A DNA stretch of 64,000 nt from Nitrosopumilus sp. (GCA_965214775.1 OZ243974.1:1888001-1952000); one strand, 5' to 3'. Shown: positions 29,220 to 40,816, counted from the stretch's first letter. Notes: generated by a model from the sequence alone, not told the origin. Made by a program: numbers and translations.

Positions 29220-30827
29220 CTGACACAGGTCGTAGGAACAGCCATCACTGACAAATTTTCAAACCAGCTCAAAGATTTTGGAATCAACCCTTGCAAAGTC
29301 CACAGGAATCTCAGTACCCAAGAGATGGTCAGCCTTGCAGTGGATAGAAAGGAAGGAATAGTTAATTCAACGGGCTCCCTTTCGGTCAATACCGGAAAAT
29401 ATACCGGGCGCTCTCCTGATGACCGGTTTATCGTATATGACGATGAGACCCATGACACGGTTGATTGGGGTAAAATCAACCACCAATTTCCAAGCGGAAA
29501 GTTTGAAAAACTTTTGGAAAAGATGAGAAACTTTGTTGAAAACAGGGAGCTTTTTGTATATGATGGATTTGTAGGCGCTGATCCTGAAACTCGCTTGCCT
29601 ATTAGGGTAATCAACGATCATGTGTGGCAAAACATGTTTTCAAGCAACCTGTTCATTCGACCAACGAGTGAGGAACTTACAAATCACGAACCGGAATTTA
29701 CGATTCTTTGCATCAACGACTTCAAGGCAGATCCTGAGATTGACGGAACAAGAACCGACGTGTTCATCCTGATTGACTTGACCAGAAAAATCGTCTTGAT
29801 TGGCGGGACTGAATATGCCGGTGAAATGAAAAAATCAATGTTTGGAGTAATGAACTTCCTTCTGCCTGACAAAGGAATTTTTCCAATGCACTGCTCTGCA
29901 AATATCGGCCAAAAAGGCGATACTGCCTTGTTCTTTGGATTGTCCGGCACTGGAAAAACCACGCTTTCAGCTGATCCGAACAGGAGACTAATCGGCGATG
30001 ACGAGCATGGATGGTCTGACAACGGAACTTTTAACTTTGAAGGGGGATGCTATGCAAAATGCATCAACCTTAGCCAAGAGGCAGAACCCGAAATCTGGAA
30101 TGCGATCAGACCAGGCGCACTTTTAGAAAATGTTGTCCTAAAAGAAGACAACGTTCCAGACTATGATGACAATTCCTTGACTGAAAACACTCGCGTTGGA
30201 TACCCGCTTGATTTCATTCCGGGCGCCGTGATTCCAAGCGTGGGCGGAAATCCAAAGGTAATCATCTTTTTGACGGCCGATGCGCTTGGGGTACTGCCTC
30301 CCGTCTCAAAACTTACCAAGGAAGCTGCAATGTATCACTTTATGTCCGGCTATACCAGCAAGCTTGCCGGAACCGAAAGAGGAATAAAGGAGCCAAAGTC
30401 TGTCTTTTCCCAATGCTTTGGCGCCCCATTCATGCCCAGACCGGCTTCAGTCTATGCAAAATTACTGGGAGACAAAATCACCGAGCACAATACGGTGGTT
30501 TACCTCATTAACACCGGTTGGTCCGGCGGCCCGTATGGGGTTGGAAAAAGAGTCAAGATAAAGTATAGCCGTGCAATGGTCACTGCTGCATTGTCAGGAG
30601 CCCTTGGCATTGTAAAATACACCCACAATGATTTGTTTAACTTGGATATTCCTGCAGAGGTCAAGGGGGTGCCGTCTGAGATTCTAGATCCCAGAAACAC
30701 CTGGATAGACAAAGACGAATATGATCTGTCTGCAAGGAAGCTTGCACAAATGTTTGTTGAAAACTTTAGGAAGTTTGAAGGCGTGTCCCAAGAGATAGTC
30801 GATGCAGGACCAAAAATCACCAAATAA
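29220..30827 (+). CDS. pckA: phosphoenolpyruvate carboxykinase (ATP); probable CTG start
   Basis: TGRSP, YAGEMKK, GLSGTGKTT, IGDDEHGW. Confidence 0.96.
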   Translation: MTQVVGTAITDKFSNQLKDFGINPCKVHRNLSTQEMVSLAVDRKEGIVNSTGSLSVNTGKYTGRSPDDRFIVYDDETHDTVDWGKINHQFPSGKFEKLLEKMRNFVENRELFVYDGFVGADPETRLPIRVINDHVWQNMFSSNLFIRPTSEELTNHEPEFTILCINDFKADPEIDGTRTDVFILIDLTRKIVLIGGTEYAGEMKKSMFGVMNFLLPDKGIFPMHCSANIGQKGDTALFFGLSGTGKTTLSADPNRRLIGDDEHGWSDNGTFNFEGGCYAKCINLSQEAEPEIWNAIRPGALLENVVLKEDNVPDYDDNSLTENTRVGYPLDFIPGAVIPSVGGNPKVIIFLTADALGVLPPVSKLTKEAAMYHFMSGYTSKLAGTERGIKEPKSVFSQCFGAPFMPRPASVYAKLLGDKITEHNTVVYLINTGWSGGPYGVGKRVKIKYSRAMVTAALSGALGIVKYTHNDLFNLDIPAEVKGVPSEILDPRNTWIDKDEYDLSARKLAQMFVENFRKFEGVSQEIVDAGPKITK

Positions 30828-32861
30828 TCACCGTTTTCGTTTTAAAATTCCGACAATCCCAACAGCTATGACAATTCCCGATATGATGAGAATCTGTCTT
30901 TCTGGAATCTTGATTAAATCAAATCTCTGAGATTTCTCTTCTAACGTGCTGATTTCTATCGTATCAAACGCACTGGAGGTATTTTTATTGTTGCTTTTAA
31001 TTTTTGCATCAATCCAGTACCTTGAATTCTCAAAAATTTCGACTGATCCTTGTTTGTTTGGAGTCATTGTAGCCGTTGAAATCTTCCCGTCCTTGCTGTT
31101 TGTCACAGAAATTTTTGCAAAGCTCCAGTTCTCCGGATGGTACACGTCGAAAATCAGTCTGTCATTTTGTTGATTTGCAGAAATTGAACCCGGCGTATAA
31201 TGAAGCAAAAACGGGACAACATACCTTGTTTCGTTGTGATAAATGACTATTTTTCCCTCATGTTCGCCGTATTTTTTTCCTGTCATGCTCATTTTTGTTA
31301 TCAATCTGTCCCCTTCAATTAGATGTGCAAACTTGATAAACTCTGGGCCTTCAAAACCAATCTCAATGTCATCCAGGTCCCCCTCTAGGACTTTTAATTC
31401 AAATTGCTGTTCTGAGATTAAGCTGTCTGATGACACCGTCGAGACGAAATTTGGCGGCATGATCACCAATCCTGCCTTAAACGCATTTGCAATGTCAATT
31501 CTTCCCGAGCCTGACTCTGAAATTGAGAATTCCTGTCCATACGCATCAGACACAGGCGCGGCTGTAGTCAACAAAATGGACTTTATCTCATGATGGTGCA
31601 GGCTGGGATTTTTTTGCATCAGCAGCGCCGCTGCGCCACTAACGTGAGGCGCCGCATAACTGGTCCCGCTAGTAAAATTGTATCCCGCATTGTTTTGGGT
31701 GGTGTTGATGTATGCTCCGGGCGCCACTATCTCAGGCTTTATGTAAAATGGCGATACTGGCCCTCTGGAACTAAAGTGCGCAACAAAATCTGGATTGTAA
31801 AACAGGTGCAGCGATCCCTTGATTTCATTACCTGTTAAATTCTTGATTTCCATTCCTTGGTCTCTATCAATGGAGACTACGGGAATCCGTGGCTTGTAGT
31901 CTGGCCCCGTGAATTCGTGAACCAGTTCTCCGAGAAAAATCCCTTCTATATTGTTGTAAACAATCAGGGCCTTTGCACCTGCATTGGCCGCATTGTTTTC
32001 CTTGATTGAAAAATAAAGCAGTTCTCCTTTGATGTCGCTGCCCCTCTCTACAAGTAGTATGGAGTCTTTTGCGTCAACCTGGCTTAATTCGTCAATTTTT
32101 CCATATCCGCCAAAAACAATTTCTCCGGCAACCGGCCCGCCAGCTTCTGTTGAGCCTACCATTGGAATTACAGTGTACGGTTTTCCGTCAACTTCTAACG
32201 TTGCAACAAGACTGGATGTCAGATTGTTATAGGTTGCCCCGACAGTTACAGAACCGTGGTTTCTGCCGGGGCTGCCAATGGTTCCAAATCCCGGACCGTC
32301 GTTTCCTGCGGCAGTCACGACAAAAATTTCTTTTTCAAGCGCATAATTTACGGCTCTTTCAATCTTTGAATTTGTTTTGTTTACGCCCAGACTGATGTTG
32401 ATGATGTCTGCGCCGTCTTTTATTGCCATCTCGATTGCCTCGACAATCAACTCTGATGACACCCCTTCCCCGTCTTCGGAAACCTTGTATGCGAGAATTT
32501 TTGATTTCGGGGCAATTCCTGTTGCATGGCCGTCTGCTGCAATTATTCCTGCCACCTGAGTCCCGTGTCCGTTTTCATCCAAGGGCGGCTCTCCTCTCTG
32601 AATAAAGTTGTACCCCCCTGCGACTTTTCCCTCTGGACCCCAACCAAACAGATCAGGATGGTTAAAGTCCACCCCGGTATCAATGACTGCAATTTTTATC
32701 CCAGAACCATCTATTCCTTGAATCCTTGGAATCTCAGTTCCAACGTAGGGCGCACTTCTTTCAAGATACGCCTTGATTCCGTTTTCCGAATACGTGGATT
32801 GTGACAGGATCAGTCCCGTCAAAATTACAACAATAAAAGAGAAAATTACAAAGAATTTCAC
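30828..32861 (-). CDS. S8 subtilase with PA domain and C-terminal TM anchor
   Basis: IDTG, HGT, AAGN, GTSYAAP. Confidence 0.93.
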   Translation of the reverse strand: MKFFVIFSFIVVILTGLILSQSTYSENGIKAYLERSAPYVGTEIPRIQGIDGSGIKIAVIDTGVDFNHPDLFGWGPEGKVAGGYNFIQRGEPPLDENGHGTQVAGIIAADGHATGIAPKSKILAYKVSEDGEGVSSELIVEAIEMAIKDGADIINISLGVNKTNSKIERAVNYALEKEIFVVTAAGNDGPGFGTIGSPGRNHGSVTVGATYNNLTSSLVATLEVDGKPYTVIPMVGSTEAGGPVAGEIVFGGYGKIDELSQVDAKDSILLVERGSDIKGELLYFSIKENNAANAGAKALIVYNNIEGIFLGELVHEFTGPDYKPRIPVVSIDRDQGMEIKNLTGNEIKGSLHLFYNPDFVAHFSSRGPVSPFYIKPEIVAPGAYINTTQNNAGYNFTSGTSYAAPHVSGAAALLMQKNPSLHHHEIKSILLTTAAPVSDAYGQEFSISESGSGRIDIANAFKAGLVIMPPNFVSTVSSDSLISEQQFELKVLEGDLDDIEIGFEGPEFIKFAHLIEGDRLITKMSMTGKKYGEHEGKIVIYHNETRYVVPFLLHYTPGSISANQQNDRLIFDVYHPENWSFAKISVTNSKDGKISTATMTPNKQGSVEIFENSRYWIDAKIKSNNKNTSSAFDTIEISTLEEKSQRFDLIKIPERQILIISGIVIAVGIVGILKRKR

Positions 32862-32937
32862 AAGTCTTTTGTCATTTTTAGCAAGTAAAAACGATTACTT
32901 GTAAACCAATAAATGGAATAAGCTATTAGATGCATGC

Positions 32938-33558
32938 ATGGGAAAATACACACTTCCTGAAATGCCATATGCTTATGATGCATTGGAGCCTCACATTGAC
33001 GCAAGAACTATGGAGATTCACCATACAAAGCATCATCAGACATACACTGACAAACTAAATGCAGCCCTTGAAGCATGTCCGGCTGAAATTCAAGACAGGG
33101 ATATATTGGATATCCTGTCTGACATCAGTTCGGTTCCAGAGGACAAGAGAGGTGCAATCAATTTCAACGGTGGCGGTTATGATAACCACAGGCTATTTTG
33201 GAATAACATGAAACCAAATGGAGGCGGAGAACCGGGAGGATCAATTGCTGATGCAATTAACGATTCTTTTGGAAGCTTTTCTGACTTCAAAGAGAAATTT
33301 TCATCCACTACGGCAGTGATTCAAGGCAGCGGTTGGGGATGGCTGGTATACAATCCTTCTTCTGGAAAGGTTGAGTACAAATCGATGCCAAACCAAACAA
33401 GTCCTAGAACCGAAGGATTAGTTCCGTTGTTGGGATGTGATGTTTGGGAGCATGCATACTATCTCAACTACCAAAACAAGAGACCTGCTTACATTGAGGC
33501 ATGGTGGAACGTAGTAAACTGGGATGAGGCAGAGAGCAGATTCTCCAAGGCAAAATAA
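32938..33558 (+). CDS. sod: Fe/Mn superoxide dismutase
   Basis: HHTKHH, DVWEHAYY. Confidence 0.97.
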   Translation: MGKYTLPEMPYAYDALEPHIDARTMEIHHTKHHQTYTDKLNAALEACPAEIQDRDILDILSDISSVPEDKRGAINFNGGGYDNHRLFWNNMKPNGGGEPGGSIADAINDSFGSFSDFKEKFSSTTAVIQGSGWGWLVYNPSSGKVEYKSMPNQTSPRTEGLVPLLGCDVWEHAYYLNYQNKRPAYIEAWWNVVNWDEAESRFSKAK

Positions 33559-33663
33559 AACCCAAACTTTATTTCTTTTCTTTTCTTTTCTTTTCTAATT
33601 TTGATTCAGGTACGCGGTGGCTTGTGAATCCATTTATAACCTTCTGGGGAGGGTTTGTAGTAA

Positions 33664-34101
33664 ATGAGTGAAGAACAGGCACAACAGTTGATGCGACAGA
33701 TGCAAATGCTTGAAACGTACTTTGCCGATTTGTCTCAGCGAGAAGGCACATTTCTTGGTGTTCTAAAAGAGGCCACTGCAGCAATTGACGCGATCAAATC
33801 CCTTGGCCAAAAGCCCGAGTCTGAAACTTTGATTCCAATTGGCATGGGAGCTTACGTTCCGGCAAAAATCTCTTCAGACAAAAAAACTGTTTTGAACATA
33901 GGGGCAGGAGTTGCACTTGAAAAGGACTTTCCATCTGCAATAAATTATCTTGAATCTAGAATTAAGGAAATTGAGGTTGCCTTGCAAGACACTGCTGCAA
34001 AAAAGCAAGAAGCAGCTGCACGTTTAGAACAAGGCAGGGAACAAATGAACCAACTGATGCAGTCCGTACAGCCTCCAAATGCCGGAAAGCAAGATGTTTG
34101 A
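33664..34101 (+). CDS. pfdA: prefoldin alpha subunit
   Basis: LIPIG..Y..., IGAGV..EK. Confidence 0.92.
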   Translation: MSEEQAQQLMRQMQMLETYFADLSQREGTFLGVLKEATAAIDAIKSLGQKPESETLIPIGMGAYVPAKISSDKKTVLNIGAGVALEKDFPSAINYLESRIKEIEVALQDTAAKKQEAAARLEQGREQMNQLMQSVQPPNAGKQDV

Positions 34102-35653
34102 TAAACTTCGAAGTGCATTCTCAAATGCGGCAAAAAGTTTGGGAGAAAAAGAACTCAACGAAAAAGACATCGAAGACGTTCTTTTTGAGCTGGAAATTTC
34201 TCTCCTAGAGTCCGATGTTGCTGCCGAAGTTATTGATTCTATCAAGGATGATCTTAAGGAAAAACTGATTGGATCTAAAGTTGGCAAAAATGAAATTGAA
34301 AAGTTTGTCAGAGACAGCCTGATTTCCGGCATATCTGCACATTTTGATGATGCAGGCCAGGTTGATCTTTTTGGAAAAATCAATGGAAAAAAGGAGCAGG
34401 GCCAGCCCTTTCTGATTTTATTCCTTGGAATTAACGGAACTGGCAAGACAACATCTCTGGCCAAAGTGGCACACATGCTGCAACAAAAAAAATATTCTGT
34501 TGTTGTCGCAGCCGCTGATACCTTTAGGGCTGGCGCGATTGAGCAATTAAGGGAGCATACTAATCGACTAAACCTGAAACTGGTTGCGCAAAATTATAAC
34601 TCTGATCCTGCAGCTGTTGCTCGTGACGCGGTGCTGTATGCAAAATCCCACAGAACTGACGTTGTTTTGATTGATACTGCCGGAAGGATGCAAACAAGTG
34701 AGAACTTGATGCAGCAGATTGAAAAAATTACCAAAGTTGTCAATCCTGATTTGAAAATTTTTGTTGGTGACTCTTTGGCAGGAAATGATACTGTTAATCA
34801 GGCCCGTGAGTTTCATGCACACACTAAATTTGACGGATCCATTTTGACTAAAAGCGATGCTGATGCAAGAGGAGGAGCCGCTCTTTCAATTGTCAAAGTC
34901 ACTGCGACACCAGTAATGTTTGTAGGCGTTGGGCAAGAGTATCCGGATCTCAGACCCTTTGACAAGAAAACTTTTCTTGAAACTGTATTTGGAACGCTTG
35001 ATGGAGTTGACATTACGAAACAGCCTGAACCAGAGCAACCAACACCAACACCGCAGCCTGAACCAGAGCAACCAACACCAACACCGCAGCCTGAACCAGA
35101 GCAACCAACACCAACACCGCAGCCTGAACCAGAGCAACCAACACCAACACCGCAGCCTGAACCAGAGCAACCAACACCAACACCGCAGCCTGAACCAGAG
35201 CAACCAACACCAACACCGCAGCCTGAACCAGAGCAACCAACACCAACACCGCAGCCTGAACCAGAGCAACCAACACCAACACCGCAGCCTGAACCAGAGC
35301 AACCAACACCAACACCGCAGCCTGAACCAGAGCAACCAACACCAATACCGCAGCCTGAACCAGAGCAACCAACACCAACACCGCAGCCTGAACCAAGTTC
35401 TGATGATCCGTTTGAAGGAATCACAGATGATGAGATTGCAACATATTCCGATTTGTTTGATGTACCCCCACCAGAAAACGATGATGAAGCCTTCAAACTA
35501 GGCAAAAAGATCCGTCAATGGATTAAAGATGGAAAACCAGAACCGGGAGCATCAGATGATCCAGGTGGCAAATACGGCAAAGAAGAGACTCACAAAAATG
35601 ATAAAGAAGAACCAAAAAAGAAAAAAGGCAGGTTCGGGTTCTTTATAAAATGA
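34094..35653 (+). CDS. ftsY: SRP receptor FtsY with a repeat-rich C-terminal extension
   Basis: GINGTGKTT, DTFRAGA, DTAGR, TKSD. Confidence 0.96.
   Translation: MFDKLRSAFSNAAKSLGEKELNEKDIEDVLFELEISLLESDVAAEVIDSIKDDLKEKLIGSKVGKNEIEKFVRDSLISGISAHFDDAGQVDLFGKINGKKEQGQPFLILFLGINGTGKTTSLAKVAHMLQQKKYSVVVAAADTFRAGAIEQLREHTNRLNLKLVAQNYNSDPAAVARDAVLYAKSHRTDVVLIDTAGRMQTSENLMQQIEKITKVVNPDLKIFVGDSLAGNDTVNQAREFHAHTKFDGSILTKSDADARGGAALSIVKVTATPVMFVGVGQEYPDLRPFDKKTFLETVFGTLDGVDITKQPEPEQPTPTPQPEPEQPTPTPQPEPEQPTPTPQPEPEQPTPTPQPEPEQPTPTPQPEPEQPTPTPQPEPEQPTPTPQPEPEQPTPTPQPEPEQPTPTPQPEPEQPTPIPQPEPEQPTPTPQPEPSSDDPFEGITDDEIATYSDLFDVPPPENDDEAFKLGKKIRQWIKDGKPEPGASDDPGGKYGKEETHKNDKEEPKKKKGRFGFFIK
35021..35395 (+). 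repeat. 33-bp coding tandem repeat, ~11.4 copies (QPEPEQPTPTP)
   Basis: cagcctgaaccagagcaaccaacaccaacaccg; only one variant copy. Confidence 0.97.
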
Positions 35654-36564
35654 AACTTAAAACAAAAGATTTGCTCACCTTGGCAGAACTGACTCCAAAG
35701 GAATTTGCAGGCTTGATTGATGACTCAATCAAATTAAAAAGACAATCAAAAAAATCTGGAAATAAGCCTGTTCTAAAAAACAAAACACTTGCAATGATTT
35801 TCCAAAAACCCTCTACAAGAACCCGAGTCAGTTTTGAAACCGGAATGTACCAGTTAGGGGGTTATGCAATTAATCTTTCTTCAAACGATATGCAACTTTC
35901 ACGCGGTGAATCTGTTGAGGATACAGCCAGGACTCTTTCACGATATTCTGATTGTATAATGGCTAGGGTCTACGAACATGAACTGCTAGAAAAATTGGCC
36001 AAACATGCAACAATTCCTGTGATCAATGGACTGTCTGACGCTTTTCACCCGTGCCAAATCCTGGCTGATTTTATGACTATAAAAGAACATTTTGGAAAAA
36101 TCAAGGGATTGAAAATTGCATGGATTGGTGATGGAAACAACGTATGTAATTCAATGATGTATGGAGCTGCATTATCCGGCGTAACGATGTCTATTGCGAC
36201 GCCAAAGGAGTTTGAGCCAGACAAGAACGTAGTTGGCGAAGCTGAAAAATCCACGAAAATTGAATTGACTACTCATCCATTAACTGCAGTAAAAAACGCC
36301 GATGTTGTTGTTACTGACACTTATTCTTCAATACACAACAAGGATCCAAAGCGAATCAAGAAATTCCTGCCTAAATTCCAAGCCAATCCGAAATTAATGA
36401 AATCTGCAAAAAAGAATGCGATCTTTATGCATTGCCTTCCTGCTAAACGTGAACAGGAAGTAACATCATCTGTAATTGACGGTCCCCAATCTGTCGTATG
36501 GGACGAGACAGAAAATCGATTACACACTCAAAAGGCCTTGTTGACTGCAATCATCTGTAGCTAG
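35650..36564 (+). CDS. argF: ornithine carbamoyltransferase
   Basis: STRTR, HPCQ, HCLP. Confidence 0.96.
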   Translation: MKLKTKDLLTLAELTPKEFAGLIDDSIKLKRQSKKSGNKPVLKNKTLAMIFQKPSTRTRVSFETGMYQLGGYAINLSSNDMQLSRGESVEDTARTLSRYSDCIMARVYEHELLEKLAKHATIPVINGLSDAFHPCQILADFMTIKEHFGKIKGLKIAWIGDGNNVCNSMMYGAALSGVTMSIATPKEFEPDKNVVGEAEKSTKIELTTHPLTAVKNADVVVTDTYSSIHNKDPKRIKKFLPKFQANPKLMKSAKKNAIFMHCLPAKREQEVTSSVIDGPQSVVWDETENRLHTQKALLTAIICS

Positions 36565-36642
36565 GCAAAATCTGCTGAAAAATCCAGTAAAAACGGAAAT
36601 CAGGCATAGCAACGGGCAGAAGTCTTTGAGTCAAAGTAGGTC

Positions 36643-36764
36643 CAGTCTTCCCAGAAGTTCTCCACAAGACGGCTCCAAACTCGAAACAATTCAGGCTGGA
36701 CTGCCTGCAGGTCCGTACGTCACCGTCTGCACGGCCATTAGTCTGGTTACTTCTGGGAAGACTG
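36643..36764. mobile_element. ISH3/IS4-type MITE
   Basis: IR CAGTCTTCCCAGAAGT; TSD AGGTC. Confidence 0.85.
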
Positions 36765-36777
36765 AGGTCATAACTAC

Positions 36778-36907
36778 GAGGTTGTTTCCTAATTCCACCT
36801 GCCTGACTCAATCTGTATGTTTTTCTGAATTTTCGGTCCTTTGCACGCCTGATCCATGTAACGTCTTAACGGTTTTCAGAAATTCTGATGAATTAGGAAA
36901 CAACCCC
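36778..36907. mobile_element. 130-bp MITE with 9-bp TSD
   Basis: IR G(A/G)GGTTGTTTCCTAATTC; TSD CATAACTAC. Confidence 0.85.
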
Positions 36908-37139
36908 CATAACTACACGTAAAAAACCTCAATTATTTCTGCTCGTTGCTATATGAGCACGGTCTCGGATTTTGCCATCTCTCCTGTTCGAGGATGGATC
37001 CCGGATCTAAATCAACCGACTGAAAATAGTTGCAGTTTTGATCAAATATTTTGGACAATGCGAGGTGCTACTGCCAGCCTGATGTATGATCAGCTTGCAA
37101 ACATGATATTTCGATCCGGGCGATTACGCATAAAGTCTA

Positions 37140-37410
37140 ATGTCAGCTTCAGAATCCAGATCAACGACAACCTCGACTTCTTTGACATTAGCATGATTGA
37201 TTGGAGCTCCACGTCCAACTCCTAAAATCGATTCTTGCAGAATTGATTCGGTATCCTTTTGATCATAATCTATCAATTTTGTTGCATCAGTGGAAGATTC
37301 ATCGGGGAGATACTCACTTGGAATGCAACAGTAGTAGTTAGTGTTTCCAGAAGATGCCATCATCTTGGAGTATATTTTTTTCATATCATCTTTAATCAAA
37401 CTTTTCATAC
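37140..37410 (-). pseudogene. arsenite methyltransferase (ArsM)-like N-terminal remnant
   Basis: LGVGRGAP....VVVDLDSEADI resembles a decayed LGxGCGxP...VxDLGSGAGID. Confidence 0.55.
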
Positions 37411-37770
37411 CTTGGTTTACTAGGCAAACTATTAAAGTTGTCAAGCACAGTGTCAAACGAAAATTCTTCAACACATATGGGTACAGACTGCTAGGAAAAC
37501 GCTTTGTTTTTGAAGAACTTTTAATCGCAACTATAAAAAATATTGTAGCAGGTGTAATTATGGAAACGTGGTTCGTCATGTCGTGGACGGTTCCTGTCCA
37601 GATGTCCACCTCTCAGGGCCAGTCAGAAATTCGAAGAGAGCCGAGCGCAAATAGTTTCACGATACCTTGTTGCAGATTTGAAGCTGGTATTCAGACAGCT
37701 CTGGCCGTATTGTTTTTGGATGGGAGTCTCCAAAGGTGTTCTGCCCATAAACGCAATTCCAGCTGAATAT

Positions 37771-40409
37771 TAGACTTTATGCGTAATCGGCCCATCTGAT
37801 CTAAAAATACGACACAATAGATCATTATTTGCACACCAACAACCCTAAAGATCTGTATGATTCCCTAACTGTATGGGCTCAAATGACAAGACTCTCCAAG
37901 CATTTCAAGCGTTACAAGCGCAACACGAGATGCTAGTCGAGCAACACGAGATGCTAGTCGAGCAACACGAGCAGGTATCCAAGCAAAACAAACAGATGTC
38001 CAAGAAAAACGAGCGTATGAGGAAGCAGCTTGCGTTTGAGGACTCGTTGTGGCAGTCCGAAGAAAACAAGACAAAAAGAGTCGTGCGCGGCGGGACGCCT
38101 CTGCGGATGCACGCAATCGAGGTTGCAGACGGCATAATCGGCGATCCGGTGCGCCTTCGCAACGTCACGGGATGCACAAAGGAGTCATTTGAGATCATAC
38201 TGGAGCGCTTTACGGAAGAAGTCATGGACGACGAGGACAGACCCCTGTTCTGGGAGGACGACGTAAGAGGCGGCGATGCCGGAAACCGGTGCAAGCTGTA
38301 CATCAGGCACGCGCTGCTTGCAGTACTCATGAGCATAAGGACCAAGGCAACGCAGCATCATCTGGCCGCGACATTTGACGTCGACCAGTCCACAATGTCC
38401 AGGTACCTCCGGTACGGTGCCGTGTTACTGCGCCGGCTCCTGCCTGCCTCTCTATTGTACGAAAATTAGGTCGCACTAATTTGAGGAGGATTGCAGGGGA
38501 TTACTTTAGGCTTTACCGATCAAGAAAACCGATGGTTGTAAGGCTCGAGGCAAAGCAGATCAGATACGCAGTGACGCAATGTGCAGGGGGACGAAAGCCC
38601 TCGGAGGTGGCCCCGGAGATAGGCGTCACGACAAGGCACGTCCAGCGGATGTATGCCCGGTTCAGGAAGACAGGCGACACGCACCACGTGCCGCTCAAGC
38701 CGGGAAGGAAAAAGAGCGCCCCGGTTCCCGACGGGGACGTGCGCGCAGTTCTGGAGGAGTACAAACACAGTGCAGCAGGGGTGGTTCATACGGCCAAGAG
38801 GCTGCGAAGGCAACTCGATATAAGCTACTACGAGGTATACAGGATAATGAAAGAAAACGGGCTGGTGACGCCATCGGCTGCAAAATCAATGCCCAGAAAA
38901 TACGTCCGCTTTGAGCGCAAATACTCCAATGCCATGTGGCACGTGGACTGGCATACCATGAAGGATCCGCGCTTTGCAGGGCTCAATTTGGTCACGTTCC
39001 TAGACGACTCGTCCAGGTGCGTGACTGGTGCGGGCCTGTTCAGGGAGGCCACCTCGGAGAACGTCGTGGCGGTCCTGCGGCAGGCCGTGGCCCAGTTCGG
39101 CGCGCCTGCCACCATTTTATCAGACAACGGCAAGTGCTTTGTCGGGGCGCGCTCGGATCCGAAGAAGAAGAAGAGTCCGCCCAAGGGCGGATGGAGGCCC
39201 ACTGCCTTTGAGGAGGAGCTGCTCAACTGCGAAATCGGGCTGATAAACTCCAGGCCGTATCACCCGCAGACCAATGGCAAACTGGAGAGATTCCACAGGA
39301 GCATCGAGGAGGAGATATGGAACCACAAGAGTCTGTCTGCATACATCGACTACTATAACGAGGACAGGCTGCACTGGTCGCTTGACATCGACAACTACGA
39401 GACGCCGCTGCGGGCATTCTCCGACAGGGAGGCCACAGAAGCGATCAGGAAAAACAACCCAAGATGGATGGAGGAGGACATTGGTGATGGTGCGACATAA
39501 TTTTCATATAATACAGGCTCCTGCCTGCCTCCGAAAAGCTAACAAGCATCATCTGCAAGACCCCGGCAGGCAAGCTGGAGGAGGTGCTGATCCCAAAAAA
39601 GACGCTCCTGATTGACGGCACCCTGACTCCGGTAGACAGGCCCGGGGACAGGACCGCAAGAAAGACCAGATATTCGGGAAGAAAAAAGCGGCACATGTTC
39701 AACACGATAATTACCTCGAACCTGGACGGCCTCATACTGCACTGCGGCAAGACTGTGGACGGAAGCGTCAACGACAAGGGCGTGATGAACGCAGGGGGCG
39801 GCCCGGACTTTGGAAGGCACACCGGATCAATGAGGAATGCAAAAAACGCAGACGATCCGGAAGAGGCGTTTGTGATTTACAGCGACCTGGGATTTGAGGG
39901 CATTCAAAAGATGCTTCCGGGCGCCATACACAGGCAGCCCCCAAAGAAGCCCAGGGACGGGGATCTTACTGCAACGCAAAAGAGGCGCCGCAAGCAGATA
40001 AGCAGGGTCCGCGTCAGGGTGGAGCACCACATAGGACGGCTCAAAAGATATGGCATTCTTACCATGCCGTTTGGCGGAACTGCCAAGGATCTCAATTATT
40101 TCATGCAGATAATCACGGGTCTTGAGAACCTCAAGACTATGCTGAAAAGGAAAAAATACTATGGCCAGCTGCTGCAGCAGCTGCATCTGCTACCAGACAC
40201 ATGACATACGGCGGCACGGACCGCCATTCTTTCTGACTTGTCAACGGGGCACATTGCCGTGCTGCATGGTTGCGCACGTTCTTTTGGCGCAACTGACTTT
40301 TACGTGCGTCATGACACGAGATGCATGCGGTAATTTGATCCGATCAGCGCATTTGCGTTTGGAAAAGCCTACGGAATTTTTAATCACGGTCGATTACGCA
40401 TAAAGTCTA
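37771..40409 (+). mobile_element. IS5-family (ISL2/DDE_Tnp_4-like) element interrupted by IS481
   Basis: IR TAGACTTTATGCGTAATCG; transposase 37873-38450 + 39532-40204 rejoins in frame (IDGT, YSGRKK.H, SDLGF, RVRVEH.IG.LK). Confidence 0.9.
38451..39515 (+). mobile_element. IS481-family element, complete (transposase ~38532-39500)
   Basis: 25-bp IR; 16-bp TSD GGCTCCTGCCTGCCTC. Confidence 0.93.
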
Positions 40410-40462
40410 TTATTCAAATTGTGGATTCCTGTTGGATTTTTGGAGGTTTTGAACATGTTACC

Positions 40463-40592
40463 GGGGTTGTTGCCTAATTCATCAGAATTTCTGAAAATCA
40501 TACGATGTTATCCGGACTAGGCGTGCAAAAATGGCGGATATTCAGAAAAATGTGCGGGTTGAGTCCGGCAGGTGGAATTAGGCGACAACCTC
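40463..40592. mobile_element. 130-bp MITE with 9-bp TSD
   Basis: same family as 36778-36907; TSD CATGTTACC. Confidence 0.85.
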
Positions 40593-40816
40593 CATGTTAC
40601 CGTATAGTACGGTACCCTTATATCATATTTGATCATACATATGGCATGCAAGATACAGCATTCCTTCAGAGTAGCCTACACAAAATCCTCCGCACAGAAG
40701 GTCAGCTGCTATGTCTGTGGGAGTGATTGGTGGATGGATTTTCAATTACTGCCAAATCATTGCGAAATGACACTGCAATGCTTTGTCACATTCAATATGA
40801 GTGAGGGCAAGTCATC

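Larger units (their letters stand above)
36607..36952. mobile_element. MITE carrying two nested MITEs
   Basis: outer IR as in 20744-20822; inserts at 36643-36764 and 36778-36907. Confidence 0.85.

Noticed and set aside
34813-35505. Alternative-frame ORFs such as (GSGCGVGVGCS)n and (WCWLLWFRLRC)n; possible CRISPR array
   Set aside because: These are shadows of the 33-bp FtsY coding repeat; the repeats are contiguous with no spacers
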